Virus record (IMG/VR): IMGVR_UViG_3300037755_000503
Span: 1-36,121 of that record
Length of the DNA: 36,121 nt
Source of the DNA: a virus
Lineage: Duplodnaviria; Caudoviricetes
Direction: 5' to 3' (one strand)
Shown here: in pieces, positions 1-10,017 of the stretch
Layout: each line of letters opens with the position of its first letter
Numbering within the stretch: the first letter of the stretch is position 1
Notes under the pieces: model-generated
The model's database searches: none
The model's input: the letters and a program-made list of their open reading frames with translations, nothing else
What the model was told of the DNA's origin: nothing
Translations under genes and position numbers: made by a program

Positions 1-127
1 GACATCTTCGACGTGTCCGTCGACGACTACGACGTGACCACGCACTCGTCGCCGGGCCAGTGGCGCGAGTTCATCGGCGGCCTGAAGGACGGCGGCACGC
101 TGACGGGGACGGTCCGGTACGACCCCG
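1..127. repeat. Terminal direct repeat identical to 35995-36121 (circular assembly overlap)
   Basis: Exact 127-nt match; the major tail ORF reads through the join in frame. Confidence 0.97.
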
Positions 128-318
128 CGATCCACGCCGCGATCCTCACCAACATCAAGACCACGCACGACATGCGGATCACGCTCCCCGACGCGGGCGC
201 CGCCACCATCGTGTTCCCCGGGTACATCAACAGCCTGACCAGCGTTGCGCCGCACGACGGCGCCCTCGAGGGCGAGTTCGGTATCAAGGTGGCCGGCCCG
301 CCGGTGCTGACGCCGTGA
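1..318 (+). CDS. Major tail (tube) protein, 3' part; gene starts at 35899 across the join (137 aa total)
   Basis: DVTTHSSPGQWREFIGGLKDGG motif typical of siphovirus tail tubes; between tail terminator and chaperones. Confidence 0.9.
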   Translation, partial: DIFDVSVDDYDVTTHSSPGQWREFIGGLKDGGTLTGTVRYDPAIHAAILTNIKTTHDMRITLPDAGAATIVFPGYINSLTSVAPHDGALEGEFGIKVAGPPVLTP

Positions 319-779
319 CCGACATCGACCACCTGGACCCCGACCTCGACGACTTCGACGACGACGAGGAAGGCCCGACGCTGCTCGACCGTGCGGCGAT
401 CATGCAGGCCACCTCGGCCGCGCAGGTCCGCACGGAGATCGTGCCCATTCCCGAGCTCGGCGGCTCGGTCAAGGTGCGAGAGCTGTCGGGCGCGCTCCGC
501 AACCTGTACGAGTCGGCGGCGATCCAGCTCTCCCAGGGCGGTGATGGGAAGTCGATGGGCAAGACCTACGTGCAGATGATCGCTGCGTGTGTGGTCGATG
601 TCGCCGGTCAGCCGATCCTGAAGGAGAACGATGCCAGACGGATCATCGTCAAACATCCCCGGGCAGCGACCCGTCTCCGGGAGGCCATCTTCAACATCTC
701 CGGCATGGACGCCGATGATGCGGAGGCGTTGGCCGAGGGTTTCGGGGACGACCAGAGCGACAGTTCCACTTCCGGCTAG
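315..779 (+). CDS. Tail assembly chaperone (gpG-like, 154 aa)
   Basis: GTGA overlap with the tail gene stop; position before tape measure; slippery heptamer near 3' end. Confidence 0.85.
   Translation: MTDIDHLDPDLDDFDDDEEGPTLLDRAAIMQATSAAQVRTEIVPIPELGGSVKVRELSGALRNLYESAAIQLSQGGDGKSMGKTYVQMIAACVVDVAGQPILKENDARRIIVKHPRAATRLREAIFNISGMDADDAEALAEGFGDDQSDSSTSG
737..743 (+). other. -1 programmed ribosomal frameshift site G GGT TTC
   Basis: X XXY YYZ phase in the chaperone frame; the -1 frame is open to the stop at 1066. Confidence 0.85.
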
Positions 780-1066
780 CGGCTCATCTCGGCGGGATGA
801 CGGTGGGCGAGATGCTCGACCGGGTCTCGTCGACCGAGTTGTCGGAGTGGGCGGTCCACGAGCAGGAGTACGGCCCGCTCGGCCCGCGCCGGGACGACAT
901 TCTCGCCGCTCTGGTCGCCTCGACCGTGGCCAACACCGCCTCGAAGACGAAGGTGAAGCCTGCCGATTTCGTCCCGAAGTGGGGTGGCCGCCGCCGGCAG
1001 TCCGGCGAAGAGCAGTCCTCGATCCTCCGCAACTTCTTCAGGCTCCCCCGGGGAGGTGACCAGTGA
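737..1066 (+). CDS. Frameshift extension of tail chaperone (gpGT-like, ~250 aa fusion)
   Basis: -1 frame reads GFRGRPERQFHFRLAAHLGGMTVGEMLDRVSSTELSEW, typical gpT-like sequence. Confidence 0.8.
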   Translation, partial: GFRGRPERQFHFRLAAHLGGMTVGEMLDRVSSTELSEWAVHEQEYGPLGPRRDDILAALVASTVANTASKTKVKPADFVPKWGGRRRQSGEEQSSILRNFFRLPRGGDQ

Positions 1067-3564
1067 GCACGATCGACACGTTGATGGTGAAGGTGGGCAT
1101 CGACGCGTCCGCGATCAAGGCCGGGGCCGAGCGGGTGAAGAAGGCGATCCGTGGGCTCGGCGCCGACGTCGAGAAGGACGGCGACGACGCCGGTCAGAAG
1201 CACGCGAAGAAGTTCCTCGACGGGTTCAAGAAGATGATGGGGGCGGGGGCGAAGGCGACCGCGATGACGGTCGCCACCGGGTTCTCGGCGACGTTCCTCG
1301 CTCAGCTCGGCGGCGCCCTGATCTCCGGGGTCGGGAAGTTGGCGCACGGGCTCGGCGCCGCGCTCGCGCTCCTCCCGGCCGCCGCGCTCGCTGGTGGTCT
1401 CGCCCTCGGCGCGCTCAAGATCGGGCTCCTCGGTGTCGGTGACGCGCTCAAGGCCGGGATGTCCGGCGACGCCGAAGCCTTCGCCGAAGCACTCAAGGGG
1501 CTGGCCCCGGAGGCGCAGAAGGTGGTCCGTGAGATCGCCGGGCTGAAGCCGGCGTTCGACCAGCTGAAGGGGGCGGTGCAGTCCAACCTGTTCGGCCCGC
1601 TCGTCGGCGACATCGCCCCGCTCGCGAACCAGTACCTGCCGACCATTCAACGGAACCTCGCCTACATCGCCGCCGAGTTCGGCTCCGCGGCGAACGCTGC
1701 GGTCGGGTTCCTGCGGATGCCCGGCACGTTCGCCCAGATCGCCGATGCGACGAACAACGCGAGCAGCGCCGCCGGGAACATGATCCGCGGGCTGGACGGG
1801 CTCCTCGCCGCGTTCGTGCCGCTGGTGGTGGTGGGCGCCTCGTTCCTGCCGGGCCTGACGTCCGGGTTCGATGGGGCCACGAACCGGCTGGCGGCGTTCA
1901 TGGTCGAGGCCCAGCGCACCGGCCAGCTCGCCGACTTCATTCAGGGTGGCCTCGACAAGCTCGCATCCCTGTGGGACACCACCATGCGGGTCGTCGCCAT
2001 CTTCGGTCAGCTCCGCGACATCGGTGCCACCATGTTCGGCGGGGTGTCGCTCGGCGCCGGTGGGCTGCTCGCATCCGTCGAGCGACTGGTCGCCAAGCTC
2101 GCCGAGTTCGTCGCCTCCGCCGAGGGGACGAAGACGATCGGGCTCATCTTCGGGACGCTCGGCGCGATCGTGGGTTCGGTCTTCGGGACGCTCGAACGTC
2201 TCGCCGGGGTGATCGGCCGGGTGTTCGGCCCGTACATCCCCCAGATCATGGAGTTCGTCGAAGCCTTCATGAACTTGAAGTCGGCGGTGGTCGACTCCGG
2301 GTTCGATGTGCTGGAGCCGGTACTGAAGGTGCTGGCCGCGGTGCTGCTCGGCGCGGTCCTGCCTGCGGTCACCTCCCTGGTGAACTGGCTGGCCAAGACC
2401 CGCCCGGCGCTCCTCGCTGTCGCGACGGTGATCACGACCCTTCTGATTCCGGCGATGGTCGTCTGGATCCAGAAGCAGGCCGCCGCGGTCGTGGCGCAGG
2501 GCAAGCAGATCGCGGCGAACGCCCGGCAGGTCGCGTCATGGACTGCGTCGGCGGCCTCGGCGGTCGCGTCGGCGGCCAAGACCGCCGGTGCCTGGGTCGG
2601 CGCCGGGGCCAAGGTGGTGGCCTCCCACGCGTCGATGGGTGTGTCTGCGATCGCAAACGGTGCGAGGGTCGCCGGGGCATGGGTGATGATGGCTGCGAAG
2701 GCGACCGTGTCCGCCACCGTCGGTTTCGCCCGGGCGGTGGCGACCACGGTGGCCGGTTGGATCGTGATGGCCGCTCAGTCGATCATCTCGGCCGCGATCA
2801 TGGCCGCGTCGTGGCTGATCGCGATGTGGCCGGCCATCCTCATCATCGCCCTCGTGATCGGCGCGATCGCGCTCCTCATCATCCACTGGGACACGATCCG
2901 GACCTTTGTCATCGCGGTGTGGGACGCCATCTGGGCGGCCATGAAGGCGGTATGGGACTGGATCTCGACGAACTGGCCGCTCATCCTCGCGATCCTGACC
3001 GGCCCGATCGGGATTGCAGTGTTAATGATTGTCAAACACTGGGATACCATCAAAGAGAAGGTCGGGATGGTGCTCGGCTGGATCAAGGACCGGGTGACCG
3101 ACGCCAAGAATTGGCTCGTCGACCGATTCAACGACGTCGTCTCGTTCGTCACCGGGTTGCCGGGCAAGATCTCCTCCGCTGCGTCCGGTCTGTTCGACGG
3201 GTTCAAGGACGCATTTCGTGCCGCCCTGAACTGGATCATCGGCAAATGGAATGACCTGTCGTTCAAGCTGCCCAGTGTCGAGGCGTTCGGTCAGAAGATC
3301 GGCGGTCAGACGTTGAGCACACCGAACCTGCCGAAGTTCGCCCGCGGTGGCATCGTCCGGGCGAGCCCGGGCGGGTCGATCATCAACGTCGGTGAGGGCG
3401 GCCGCGACGAGGCCATCGTGCCGCTGCCCCGTGGGATGCGGTCGATGGTCGGCGGCGGCGGCGGGGCGACGATCAATGTGGCCGGGTCGATCCTCTCCGA
3501 GCGTGACCTGGTGCGGATCGTCGAGAACGCGATGGCGTCCGGCCGGTTGCGGGGTGCGGGATGA
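1063..3564 (+). CDS. Tape measure protein (833 aa)
   Basis: Long Ala/Gly-rich helical protein with Trp-periodic repeats; follows the chaperones. Confidence 0.93.
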   Translation: MSTIDTLMVKVGIDASAIKAGAERVKKAIRGLGADVEKDGDDAGQKHAKKFLDGFKKMMGAGAKATAMTVATGFSATFLAQLGGALISGVGKLAHGLGAALALLPAAALAGGLALGALKIGLLGVGDALKAGMSGDAEAFAEALKGLAPEAQKVVREIAGLKPAFDQLKGAVQSNLFGPLVGDIAPLANQYLPTIQRNLAYIAAEFGSAANAAVGFLRMPGTFAQIADATNNASSAAGNMIRGLDGLLAAFVPLVVVGASFLPGLTSGFDGATNRLAAFMVEAQRTGQLADFIQGGLDKLASLWDTTMRVVAIFGQLRDIGATMFGGVSLGAGGLLASVERLVAKLAEFVASAEGTKTIGLIFGTLGAIVGSVFGTLERLAGVIGRVFGPYIPQIMEFVEAFMNLKSAVVDSGFDVLEPVLKVLAAVLLGAVLPAVTSLVNWLAKTRPALLAVATVITTLLIPAMVVWIQKQAAAVVAQGKQIAANARQVASWTASAASAVASAAKTAGAWVGAGAKVVASHASMGVSAIANGARVAGAWVMMAAKATVSATVGFARAVATTVAGWIVMAAQSIISAAIMAASWLIAMWPAILIIALVIGAIALLIIHWDTIRTFVIAVWDAIWAAMKAVWDWISTNWPLILAILTGPIGIAVLMIVKHWDTIKEKVGMVLGWIKDRVTDAKNWLVDRFNDVVSFVTGLPGKISSAASGLFDGFKDAFRAALNWIIGKWNDLSFKLPSVEAFGQKIGGQTLSTPNLPKFARGGIVRASPGGSIINVGEGGRDEAIVPLPRGMRSMVGGGGGATINVAGSILSERDLVRIVENAMASGRLRGAG

Positions 3565-3980
3565 TCCAGCTCGGGAACGCGGTCGAGGTCGAGATCCTGG
3601 CGGCGCTCCTCGCCGGCGACCACTCGCTGCGCCTGTTCCAGAACGACGTGGACGCCGGCATGACCGCGGCGCAGCGCAAGGCGATCACGAACGCCTCCTT
3701 CACGGAGGCCACGTTCGCCGGCTACTCAGCGGTGACCCTGACGTTCGCGTCGTGGACGATCACCGGTGGCCTCCCGACGGCGGCGGTCAACACGCTGCGG
3801 ACGTTCGAGCGGTCGTCGACCGGGGCGGCGCAGACGGTGCGTGGCTACTGGATCCGCCGGTCGTCGGACAGTCTGCTGCGCTGCTGGGAGAAGTTCCCGG
3901 GGCCGCTCACGTTCGAGTTCCTGGGTGACCGGTACCGGTTCACGCCGCGGCTCCCGGCGAAGGACGGCGACGATGGCTGA
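3561..3980 (+). CDS. Minor tail / virion protein (139 aa)
   Basis: ATGA overlap with tape measure; LRLFQND...FTEATFAGY pattern; position. Confidence 0.65.
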   Translation: MIQLGNAVEVEILAALLAGDHSLRLFQNDVDAGMTAAQRKAITNASFTEATFAGYSAVTLTFASWTITGGLPTAAVNTLRTFERSSTGAAQTVRGYWIRRSSDSLLRCWEKFPGPLTFEFLGDRYRFTPRLPAKDGDDG

Positions 3981-4326
3981 CCCGGAGCGGTTCACGGTGA
4001 CGTCGCGCGCCGAGCTCGTGGCCAACGCGGCGGAGTCGGCGACGGTCGCCCGGTCGAAGGGGTCGCAGCGGACCCGTGACGGTCGCCGGCTCGTGATGAC
4101 CGCTCAGCCGGTGCTGATCGAGAACCTGGCCGGCAAGGTGATCGGTGTCGAGTGCCGGGTCCGCCTGTACGACGAGGCCGGTGTCGAGGTGCCGATCGAT
4201 CCGGTGCGCCGGTTCGTGAACCCGCCGACCGTCCACGACGGCGTCACGGACCCGCTCGCCGCGCTGTGGTCGATCCTGTGGGACTCGATCGACGTCGCAC
4301 CCGCTCCCGACGCCTGGGTGCCGTAG
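3973..4326 (+). CDS. Hypothetical tail-region protein (117 aa)
   Basis: ATG at 3973 overlaps upstream gene; abuts next gene; genome-typical codon usage. Confidence 0.65.
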   Translation: MADPERFTVTSRAELVANAAESATVARSKGSQRTRDGRRLVMTAQPVLIENLAGKVIGVECRVRLYDEAGVEVPIDPVRRFVNPPTVHDGVTDPLAALWSILWDSIDVAPAPDAWVP

Positions 4327-7300
4327 ATGGCCGTCACCGTCGTCTTCGCCGGCACCGCGGACGGCGACATCTCCTCCTCGAGCGCCACCTACACGACCGC
4401 TTGGAACGGTGGCGGCACCGCCGGAGTGCCGGCGGCCACCGCCAACGACCTCCTCGTCGGTCAGCTCAACTTCGGCAACTACATCCTCTATCAGAGCTTC
4501 GTCGACTTCGACCTGTCCGCGATCAACCCGGGCCAGACCGTCAGCTCGGCGGTGATGCAGACGTGGTTGACGACCGACAGCTCGACGACGAACTGCACGG
4601 TGATCGCGGTCCTCCATGACTGGGGTGCGACGGTCACCTCGGCCGACTGGCGGATCGGTTCGTTCTGGACCGGTGAGACCTGGTGGACGACGATCGCCAC
4701 CAACGGGATCGGGTCGGCCGGGGCGTACAAGTCGTGGTCGGACACAGGCGATATCCGGGCGCTGTGCACCCTGTTCGCGGGCGGCGACCTCAACTTCGTC
4801 CTGTCGACCGATCGGATGGTCGCCGGTGTCGTCCCACCCGACTCCGAGTTCGTCGTCTGGGCCAACGCGAGCACCGCGGGGACGACGAACGACCCGAAGA
4901 TCACGATCACCCACGCCGAAGACCTGCTCGCCACCCAGGTCCCTGACGGTGGGATCATCCTCGGCGAGTCGACGGTCGGCGAGTTCATCCAGCCGAACGC
5001 CCCGGCCGGCGGGGTCCTGTCCGACATCGTCGTCGAGTGGGACTTCGACAACGACGGCGATTTCTCCGAGTCGGAGGAGGACATCACCGGGTACCTAATC
5101 GCGGCCGAGACAGTCACCGGCCGCGACTTCCCGAGTGGTTTGACCGGTGAGACGAAACCGGGCCAGCTCAAGCTCAGCCTGCTGAACACCGACAACCGGT
5201 TCTCCTACTTCGCCGGTGGCCCGCTGACCGTGGCGCCGTTCTCGTTGCGGACCGGTCGCAAGATCCGGGTGCGGACCTCGGGCGCGACGGTCGACGACCC
5301 GGTCCTGTTGGCGAGGGACCGGTTCAATCGGGCCGACGGGGCGCTGGGTGTCGCGGAGACGGGGCAGGCGTGGACGGCGCACACCGGGGCGTGGGTGGTC
5401 CGGGACCTGGTCGCCGCCGCCAACGACACCCTGTTCCAGCCGGACAGCGTCTTCGCCACGCTCGACACCGGTGAGACCGACCACTACGTGCAGGCCACCC
5501 TCCGCCAGCTCACCCGCTCCGACGCCACCACCCGCACGAACGGGGTCATCGCCCGCTTCACCGACATCAACAACTTCACCCGGTTCACGTACCTGACCGA
5601 TACTGGTCTGCGCATCATCGACCGGGCCGGGGGCGCCGACACGACGCTCGCCACCTACGCGGTCGACCTCTGGGAAGGCGTCGCGATCGGTGTCGGCATC
5701 GTTAACCAGACGGTCACCGGGTACATCGGCGGCGCCCCCGTCTGCACGGCGACGTTGACCGGCGCGATCGACGGGACCCGCGCCGGGCTCGCCTGCTCGT
5801 ACACCGACAACTCCGGCCGCTCCCCCGAGGTCGGCGACTTCGCCGTGTTCGACCAGGTCGCGGGCCCGGTCGACGGGGTCATCTGGACCGGTGACGTCTC
5901 CGACCTCCAGGTCACCGTCAACGTCGACAGGCCCAACACGGCGACCCTGACCGCTGATGGTCGCCTCGCCCGGGCCGCCGCCGTCGACGTCGCCTCACCC
6001 CGCCTCGCGATCGCCGGAGCCGCGACCGGCGCGGTGACCGGCGACATCCTCCACCGGGCCGGGCTCCTCCACCCACCGCACCCGCTCGACCTCGGCGCCG
6101 TCACCACCGGCTGCATCGGCATCGCCGACGGGCCGGCGCTCGCCATGGCCCGCATGATCGAGGACACCGAACAGGGCACGTTGGTCGAGACGAACGAGGG
6201 GCCGCTCTCCTTCCAGGACTCGAACGCCCGGGCGACGGCCGCATCGATGGCCTGGTTCTCCGACACGCCCGGTGTCGGCCAGTACCCGTACTTCTCGATC
6301 GTGCCGCTCGACCGCCGCAACCAGCTCGTCAACCGGGTCGTCGCCGGGGTCGCGCCCGGGTCGCCGATCGCGTCGGCCACCCTCGACTTCGGCGGCTCAG
6401 AGAACATCGTCCCGGTCATGCCGACCGTCGTCGAAGGTGACCTCCTGGTCGTGTTCATCGTCAGCTCGCACGACGGGAACCAGGACTGGGAGGCGCCGAT
6501 CTGGTGGACCGCCCACCGCGACCTCAAGGGCGGCCGCCGGGTCCGGGTCTACTCGCATCCCTGCAACGCCGCCGACGCAGCATCCCCGCCGACCCCGAAC
6601 TTCCGGACGTGGGACGGGTCCGAGGCCGGTATCTGGCTCGCGATCGTCGTACGGGTCCAGGACTGGTTCAAGGCCGCGGCCGGGGTGAAGATCGGCGACT
6701 TCGCCTCCGGGAACGACCCCGGTGCCCTGGTCCACGGATGGGGCCGCGCGCCGACCCTGTTCATCGTGATGAACGGAGGGATCAGGGGCAACGCCGGGTC
6801 GATGGTCCTCGACACCCCAACCGACCCGCCCGACGGGTACGGGCGCATCGGGGTCGGTGGGATCGTCACGTCGGGGGTGACGAACTACGACGTCGGCCAG
6901 ACGGTCGCCTACAAGGTCGACTGCACCGAATCCGAGGACCCGACCGCCTACGCCTCCCTCGCGAACGCGGTCGTCAACGAGTCCGTCGTCTTCGCCGTCA
7001 GGGGCTTCAACGGCAGCCATACGAAGCAGACGCTCCAGAACCCGAACAGCACCGGCGGTGAGGGCCGCTTCGTCAGGACCGACAACCTCACGTCGCAGGC
7101 CGACTACAACGCCGTGCTCAGCCACTCGGAGCCGTCGAACCTGTTCGCTACCGAAGCCGACGCCGAGGCCTACGGCGAGAGCATCGTCGCCACCTACGGG
7201 CAGGAGCGCCAGATCCTCGAGCTCTCGTTCCCGGCGCACAAGTCGGCGGCGTTGCGGGCTCAGGCGATCGCCCGCCGGGTCGGCGACAAGATCACCGTGA

Positions 7301-7419
7301 CCGCGACCGGGTCGACGGGGCTGGGGATCGAGGCCGACTTCTTCATCGAAGCCGGCAACCACAAGTTCAGCGACGGTGGCACGAAGTGGGAAGTCTCGTG
7401 GCAGCTCTCGCCCGCGTAG
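4327..7419 (+). CDS. Large modular minor tail protein (1030 aa)
   Basis: Beta-rich, Thr/Gly/Asp-rich; VEWDFDNDGDF and RVGDKITV segments resemble tail-tip proteins; position. Confidence 0.75.
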   Translation: MAVTVVFAGTADGDISSSSATYTTAWNGGGTAGVPAATANDLLVGQLNFGNYILYQSFVDFDLSAINPGQTVSSAVMQTWLTTDSSTTNCTVIAVLHDWGATVTSADWRIGSFWTGETWWTTIATNGIGSAGAYKSWSDTGDIRALCTLFAGGDLNFVLSTDRMVAGVVPPDSEFVVWANASTAGTTNDPKITITHAEDLLATQVPDGGIILGESTVGEFIQPNAPAGGVLSDIVVEWDFDNDGDFSESEEDITGYLIAAETVTGRDFPSGLTGETKPGQLKLSLLNTDNRFSYFAGGPLTVAPFSLRTGRKIRVRTSGATVDDPVLLARDRFNRADGALGVAETGQAWTAHTGAWVVRDLVAAANDTLFQPDSVFATLDTGETDHYVQATLRQLTRSDATTRTNGVIARFTDINNFTRFTYLTDTGLRIIDRAGGADTTLATYAVDLWEGVAIGVGIVNQTVTGYIGGAPVCTATLTGAIDGTRAGLACSYTDNSGRSPEVGDFAVFDQVAGPVDGVIWTGDVSDLQVTVNVDRPNTATLTADGRLARAAAVDVASPRLAIAGAATGAVTGDILHRAGLLHPPHPLDLGAVTTGCIGIADGPALAMARMIEDTEQGTLVETNEGPLSFQDSNARATAASMAWFSDTPGVGQYPYFSIVPLDRRNQLVNRVVAGVAPGSPIASATLDFGGSENIVPVMPTVVEGDLLVVFIVSSHDGNQDWEAPIWWTAHRDLKGGRRVRVYSHPCNAADAASPPTPNFRTWDGSEAGIWLAIVVRVQDWFKAAAGVKIGDFASGNDPGALVHGWGRAPTLFIVMNGGIRGNAGSMVLDTPTDPPDGYGRIGVGGIVTSGVTNYDVGQTVAYKVDCTESEDPTAYASLANAVVNESVVFAVRGFNGSHTKQTLQNPNSTGGEGRFVRTDNLTSQADYNAVLSHSEPSNLFATEADAEAYGESIVATYGQERQILELSFPAHKSAALRAQAIARRVGDKITVTATGSTGLGIEADFFIEAGNHKFSDGGTKWEVSWQLSPA

Positions 7420-7432
7420 GAGAATTAGCACT

Positions 7433-8818
7433 ATGACCGTTCTCGCTGATCTCCGCCCTGCCGGGCTGGACCTGTTGGTCCGGCCCGGGAACACGGTCAC
7501 GCTCACCCTGGACTGGCCTGCGGGGACGTTGGCCGGCCGGACGTTCACGTCGACCCTCGACCTCGTCGCCCTCGCTGTGCTGGTCGTCGGTGACACGATG
7601 ACGGTCACCGCCGACGACGTCATCACCGGCGCGCTCGACGTCGGAGTTCCCGCCCCGTGGCTGCTCCTGGAGGACATCGACGGGACCGACGAACCGGTCC
7701 TGGTCGGCACCTGGGTGCCGTCGAACGGCCCGGCCGCGATCGACGCCGCGACGCTGACGGTGACGGCCGGCGCCGCGACGGTGACGGTGACCTCGCTCGG
7801 CGGGGTCAGTGTCGCGCAGGTCGCCGAGCTCCTCGACCGGGCCAACCACACCGGCTTTCCCCTATCGCCGATCGTTCACGACTGGGACGTCGACGGCTGG
7901 ACCCCCTGGACCCCGAGGCGGATCAACCCCAGCGACGATGCCACCGTCACTACCTCGGTCGCGGTCCCCGGGCGAGGCCGGGTGACCGGCCACGCGACGG
8001 CGACCGGTGGAGGTATGCGCCAGGCGTACCTGCGCCAGGGGACCGAATGGGCGAACAGCAGGATCAAGGCGCTGTGGTGGGGCACCAACATCTACTCGGC
8101 CGCAACCGCAGCCCCGCAGATGGGCCTGATCCTGCGAGGCCAGATCGACGGCGACGGCGAGTTCATAGGCGTCGCGATCACCAACAACGTCTTCCTCTCC
8201 GACCCTGACGTCATCAACTGCAACCTTTGGTTCAGCGACGCCGCTGAGGACGGGTTCATCCAGGGTGACGTCCTCGGGCAGAAGACCTTCAACACGCCAC
8301 TCAACCGCAGCTTGGCGCTCGTGTCGACGATGCGGTTCAACTTCATCACCTGGATCAACAGTCACAGCGCCGTACCCAACCACCTGTACGGCCTCGCCCA
8401 GGGCGACCTGATCAACATCTCTTCCGGTGACGCCACCTTCAACGCGACGGCCGCGCCGTGCACGGGCGCCAACACCATAAGCGGCAGTGTCAGCCTCGAC
8501 GAGCTCACCGTCGGTCATCAGGTCGCCGTGGCATTGAAGACTGACACCGGCCTGATCACCCCGCCGGTCCACAAGAAGTTCTGGCCGATGTGGATGGTCG
8601 CCGAGCTTGTCGGCAACAACCTCCGCTTCAAGGTGTGGCGCTACCAGGACGAGGAGCCTGACTGGTCTTCGGCGGCCAATGTCCAGACCTACGACATCTC
8701 CGCCTCGACCACCCTCGATCATCCGGTTGGCCCCGGGTTCTGCGGGGTTATCGCCGCCCATCACCGCAACAGCAGTTACCAGGAGTTCGGCCACCTCGAA
8801 TTCACCCAACTCCCATGA
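7433..8818 (+). CDS. Tail fibre / receptor-binding protein candidate (461 aa)
   Basis: AGGAG upstream; baseplate-attachment-like N-terminus, LDRANHTG linker, beta-rich C-terminus; last gene before lysis. Confidence 0.65.
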   Translation: MTVLADLRPAGLDLLVRPGNTVTLTLDWPAGTLAGRTFTSTLDLVALAVLVVGDTMTVTADDVITGALDVGVPAPWLLLEDIDGTDEPVLVGTWVPSNGPAAIDAATLTVTAGAATVTVTSLGGVSVAQVAELLDRANHTGFPLSPIVHDWDVDGWTPWTPRRINPSDDATVTTSVAVPGRGRVTGHATATGGGMRQAYLRQGTEWANSRIKALWWGTNIYSAATAAPQMGLILRGQIDGDGEFIGVAITNNVFLSDPDVINCNLWFSDAAEDGFIQGDVLGQKTFNTPLNRSLALVSTMRFNFITWINSHSAVPNHLYGLAQGDLINISSGDATFNATAAPCTGANTISGSVSLDELTVGHQVAVALKTDTGLITPPVHKKFWPMWMVAELVGNNLRFKVWRYQDEEPDWSSAANVQTYDISASTTLDHPVGPGFCGVIAAHHRNSSYQEFGHLEFTQLP

Positions 8819-8839
8819 CCCCCATCGAAGGAGAACCCG

Positions 8840-9145
8840 ATGCCTGACTGGCTGACGAACCTGCGCGCGAGAGCGCGGGTCCTGCTCACCGCCTGGCCGA
8901 CCGTCGCGGCGTCGCTCACCGCGCTGATCGGCGTGCTCACCGCCGAGGTCGTGCCGCAGCTGGGCGGTTGGGCGCCGAAGGCCGCCGGGTTCCTCGTCGC
9001 GGCGGGGGCGTTCGTCGCGGCCGTCTCCGCCGCCGTGGCCCGGGTCACGCCGATCCTGTACCCGTCCGAGAAGGGGCTGCTCCCGCTACCCGAGCAGCCC
9101 GCGATGGAGTTCGACCCTGACCGGTTGCGGCCCGAGCGGCCCTGA
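8840..9145 (+). CDS. Holin candidate (two TM helices)
   Basis: AAGGAG RBS; two hydrophobic segments; immediately upstream of endolysin. Confidence 0.7.
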   Translation: MPDWLTNLRARARVLLTAWPTVAASLTALIGVLTAEVVPQLGGWAPKAAGFLVAAGAFVAAVSAAVARVTPILYPSEKGLLPLPEQPAMEFDPDRLRPERP

Positions 9146-9957
9146 TGGCCTGGCACGCCTACCAGGCCGACCTGTTCGACCACTTCGGTCTCGACGTCGA
9201 AGAGATGCCCGGCGCGCGCACCCGCGGCTCCCAACGGTTCGGTGGGCTCGGCGACGTGTGGCACGCCACCGTCACCCCGCCGAGCGTGCCAGACTGGCGC
9301 GTCGCCGAGCTGCTGCGCGACGGCCGCCCCGACCTCAACGGCCCCCTCTCACAGCGCGGCACCGCCCGCACCGGCACCGTCTGGGTGGTCGCCGCCGGCC
9401 GCTGCAACCACAACGGCTACGGCTACGGCGGCAACGACTGGTTCGGGAACGAGTTCTTCAACGACGGCTATGGCGAACTGCTCACCGCCGAGCAGATGCG
9501 CTCCGGTCTCATCCAGTCGTTCGCCCTCGCCCAGTACAACCGGTGGGCCAGGGACCAGGTGCTCGGCCACAAAGAGACCGACCCCAACCGCAAGATCGAC
9601 CCCCGCACGGTGTGGATGCCAGCTGTACGCGCCGACGTGCAGCACCTGCTCGACACCGGCCTCATCTCAGGAGATTTCGTCATGGACGCTGAAGCGAAAG
9701 AAGCCTTCCGGAAGCTGAACGAGCGGCTCGACCGGACCGACGTCCTGGTTGGTGAGATGTACCAGGATGTCCGCGGTACCCACATCCCGGACCTCGGCGA
9801 CCAGAACCCGCGGGCACGGGCCATCTCGACCCTCACGCGAGGTCTGTCGGCCGAGCTCGTCGGCGGGTCCGAGTCGAACCCGAACTCCCGCAAGAGCATC
9901 CTTCGCCGGATCTACCGCAACAACGAGGTGCCCGTCGAACCGCCACCAGGAGGGTGA
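9145..9957 (+). CDS. Endolysin, N-acetylmuramoyl-L-alanine amidase (Amidase_2-like)
   Basis: VWHAT, GRPDLNGPL, GNE and LGHKE...KIDP zinc-amidase motifs. Confidence 0.88.
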   Translation: MAWHAYQADLFDHFGLDVEEMPGARTRGSQRFGGLGDVWHATVTPPSVPDWRVAELLRDGRPDLNGPLSQRGTARTGTVWVVAAGRCNHNGYGYGGNDWFGNEFFNDGYGELLTAEQMRSGLIQSFALAQYNRWARDQVLGHKETDPNRKIDPRTVWMPAVRADVQHLLDTGLISGDFVMDAEAKEAFRKLNERLDRTDVLVGEMYQDVRGTHIPDLGDQNPRARAISTLTRGLSAELVGGSESNPNSRKSILRRIYRNNEVPVEPPPGG

Positions 9958-10017
9958 CCGGCACCAGTGGGAGAGGAACACGATGTGGCATCGAGACGGA
10001 ACAGAGCGGTTCGTCCG

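Noticed and set aside
6397-7851. Long minus-strand ORFs opposite structural and early genes (also 28681-30018, 15773-16675, 16809-17786)
   Set aside because: Shadow frames of high-GC genes with no motifs, unlike 30705-31616 which has domain motifs and an RBS
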